A DNA stretch of 64,000 nt from the human T2T-CHM13v2.0 reference genome, Homo sapiens. A model generated the notes under the pieces. The model saw only the letters and a program-made list of their open reading frames with translations, ran no database searches and was not told the origin of the DNA. The position numbers were made by a program, and so were the translations under genes. The stretch lies in NCBI RefSeq assembly GCF_009914755.1, contig NC_060927.1; one strand, 5' to 3'. Shown piece after piece: positions 61,561 through 64,000 of the stretch (its first letter is position 1; the number at the start of each line of letters is the position of its first letter).

Positions 61561-62590
61561 TAAGTGTAGACAATGCTATAAAGGAAAAAAGTCAGTGTTA
61601 TGATGGGTCATGACTGGGTGATGGGCCCTAAGTTGGTCTGAGGAGTCAACAACAGCTTCTCCAGGGAAGTAACTATGGCCTGATTTCAGAAGGATGTGCA
61701 GTTGGAGGGGGTGGGAGTGGATGAGGATCAGTGATTTCCATTCAGAACGCACTTTCCTGAGAACATCTTGAAGGAGCCAACATCCCGGGGTGTCCTATGG
61801 TCTGAAAGAAGGCTGGTGAGATTGTAGCACAGAAGCAAGTGTGTTAAATTGAGACCGCCACTTTAATTTATATTTGTGAAAGTGCTGTATTTCCTCTTAT
61901 TTCTAATTTTCCTAGACTTTCTCTTTCCAAGCCATCTGTCTCTCATAGTCTTCTCCTATCCCTACTTGTTGTCCAGAATATAAATATGTTTAGCATCTCC
62001 TTCAGGGAACCCACGGACTGCACTATCCTCACACCCTCTCTTCTCTCTGTTCTAGACTGGGCACTTTCACTCTGTGTGAACCCACATCAGATCATTTATT
62101 TCTCTGCATTTTCCTCATGTACTACTAGATGGTAAGCTACCTAATCACAGAGCTTTTGCATTATTTAGCTTTGAATTGTTACTGGCCTGGCATATAACAT
62201 GTACTAAGGTATAAAGGTTTGCCAACTCAGTGAATTAAAATATGCACCCTCAGTGCATACCCTAAACTTTGAGACTTGTACAGTCTATATATCATATTGA
62301 ACTTAGATGCTCACAAATTCAAAGTGGGAGGCATCAAAACTTACTTATCCTGTGAAATCTAGGATTTCTCTGGTGTGTAGTGTTGACGTTCATTTTAAAC
62401 TCTTACACTAACTCTTTTATTTTTAAATGCAAGACAGAGTTGACAATCCTATTGTAAATTATTTTTAGTGAGGAATATGATAATTGTAATATTTTACCTT
62501 AATGTAAGAAATTTTCATCAGATTCATATTTCATCTCTTATTATCACTCAGCCTACCTAGACAAACACAGATTTAAATAAAGATTTAAGA

Positions 62591-62838
<248 letters not shown>

Positions 62839-63393
62839 TTATTCACTTTTATATATATTTATAATGTGGTATTGGAAATCAAGGTCAGTTGTATAATTTC
62901 TTCCTGTATGCTAGGATATATTAATTTTTTGTTTGTATTTATCTTTGCTTTTTCCTTCTTCCATGTGGACTTAAAATTATTAAGTCGCAGTTGATATTCA
63001 CTATTTTCATATGATGCAACAATAAATTTGCGAACCTAGAATTGTAGACAAATTGCTCTTTAGCATCTATAGCTCTGTCCTTTCCTTCACTTTCCTCCCA
63101 TCTTTTCTTCTCTTTAGTGTCAAATGCATTTTGGGTGGAGACAGATTCCACAGCTGATTGCCACTGACTGACTGCCAAGCTCCAGAAACTAAAAATGCCT
63201 TTTCCCCTCTTAGCATTTGTCTTGTGAGCCTAAGTGCAGAGGACCGTGTCAAGACACCATCTTTTCAGTTATTTCAGCCTATAAATACAAATGAAGCATC
63301 TACACTCCCCTAAATAGGGATTCACGATTCAGAGAAAAATGTTGGGCTATGATACATAATGAAATAGGTCTGCCTTCATCAGCACTGGGGCAC

Positions 63394-63395
<2 letters not shown>

Positions 63396-63432
<37 letters not shown>

Positions 63433-63447
63433 CGTGCATGCACGCAC
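63396..63447. repeat. (TG)n microsatellite continuing as an alternating purine-pyrimidine tract
   Basis: About 16 TG units, then CGTGCGTGCATGCACGCAC. Confidence 0.93.
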
Positions 63448-63654
63448 TGGAGTGGGGATGGGTAGGAGATAAGGCTGAAAATGTAAGTTTAGGGGTGTAA
63501 AGGGGCTAAATCCTAGAGGACATATAAAGAGGAGCAGACTTTCTCAACAGGGGTTAAGTGAGAAATGTAGGTCCTAAAAGAGAAAAAGTTTCAAGTGACT
63601 ATTTTCCCACTTCTCCCACGAATGGTACCTAACTGGTACCAGTTAAGATACATA

Positions 63655-63978
<324 letters not shown>

Positions 63979-64000
63979 TTACACACAATTGCTTTTTGCT

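Overview
Human (primate) genomic DNA, AT-rich and mostly intronic. One 84-bp coding exon on the minus strand (6312-6395) translates to [30 protein letters not shown] recognise this as the N-terminal region of ROBO1: the exon after the signal-peptide exon of the long isoform, usually numbered exon 3. The window is therefore ROBO1 intron 3 (left) and intron 2 (right). The main mobile element is a 5.3-kb human-specific pre-Ta L1HS (10635-15911). It has a twin-priming inversion, a 15-bp TSD, a full-length ORF1 carrying R159H and a frameshifted ORF2. Also present are an LTR12 (ERV9) solo LTR, THE1, MLT2 and MLT1 LTRs, several Alus, old L1/L2/MIR/MER63 fragments and microsatellites. The most interesting observations are three. 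(1) The ROBO1 exon's frame stays open for 62 codons upstream to a Kozak ATG, encoding a signal-peptide-like N-terminus beneath a CpG-enriched Inr-containing segment, which suggests an alternative promoter/first exon. (2) The L1 inversion puts ORF1 and an L1 splice acceptor in the ROBO1 sense direction about 4 kb upstream of that exon. (3) A THE1 LTR is flanked by a 94-bp direct duplication instead of a 5-bp TSD. Repeat subfamily calls are by eye, and boundaries of old repeats are approximate.
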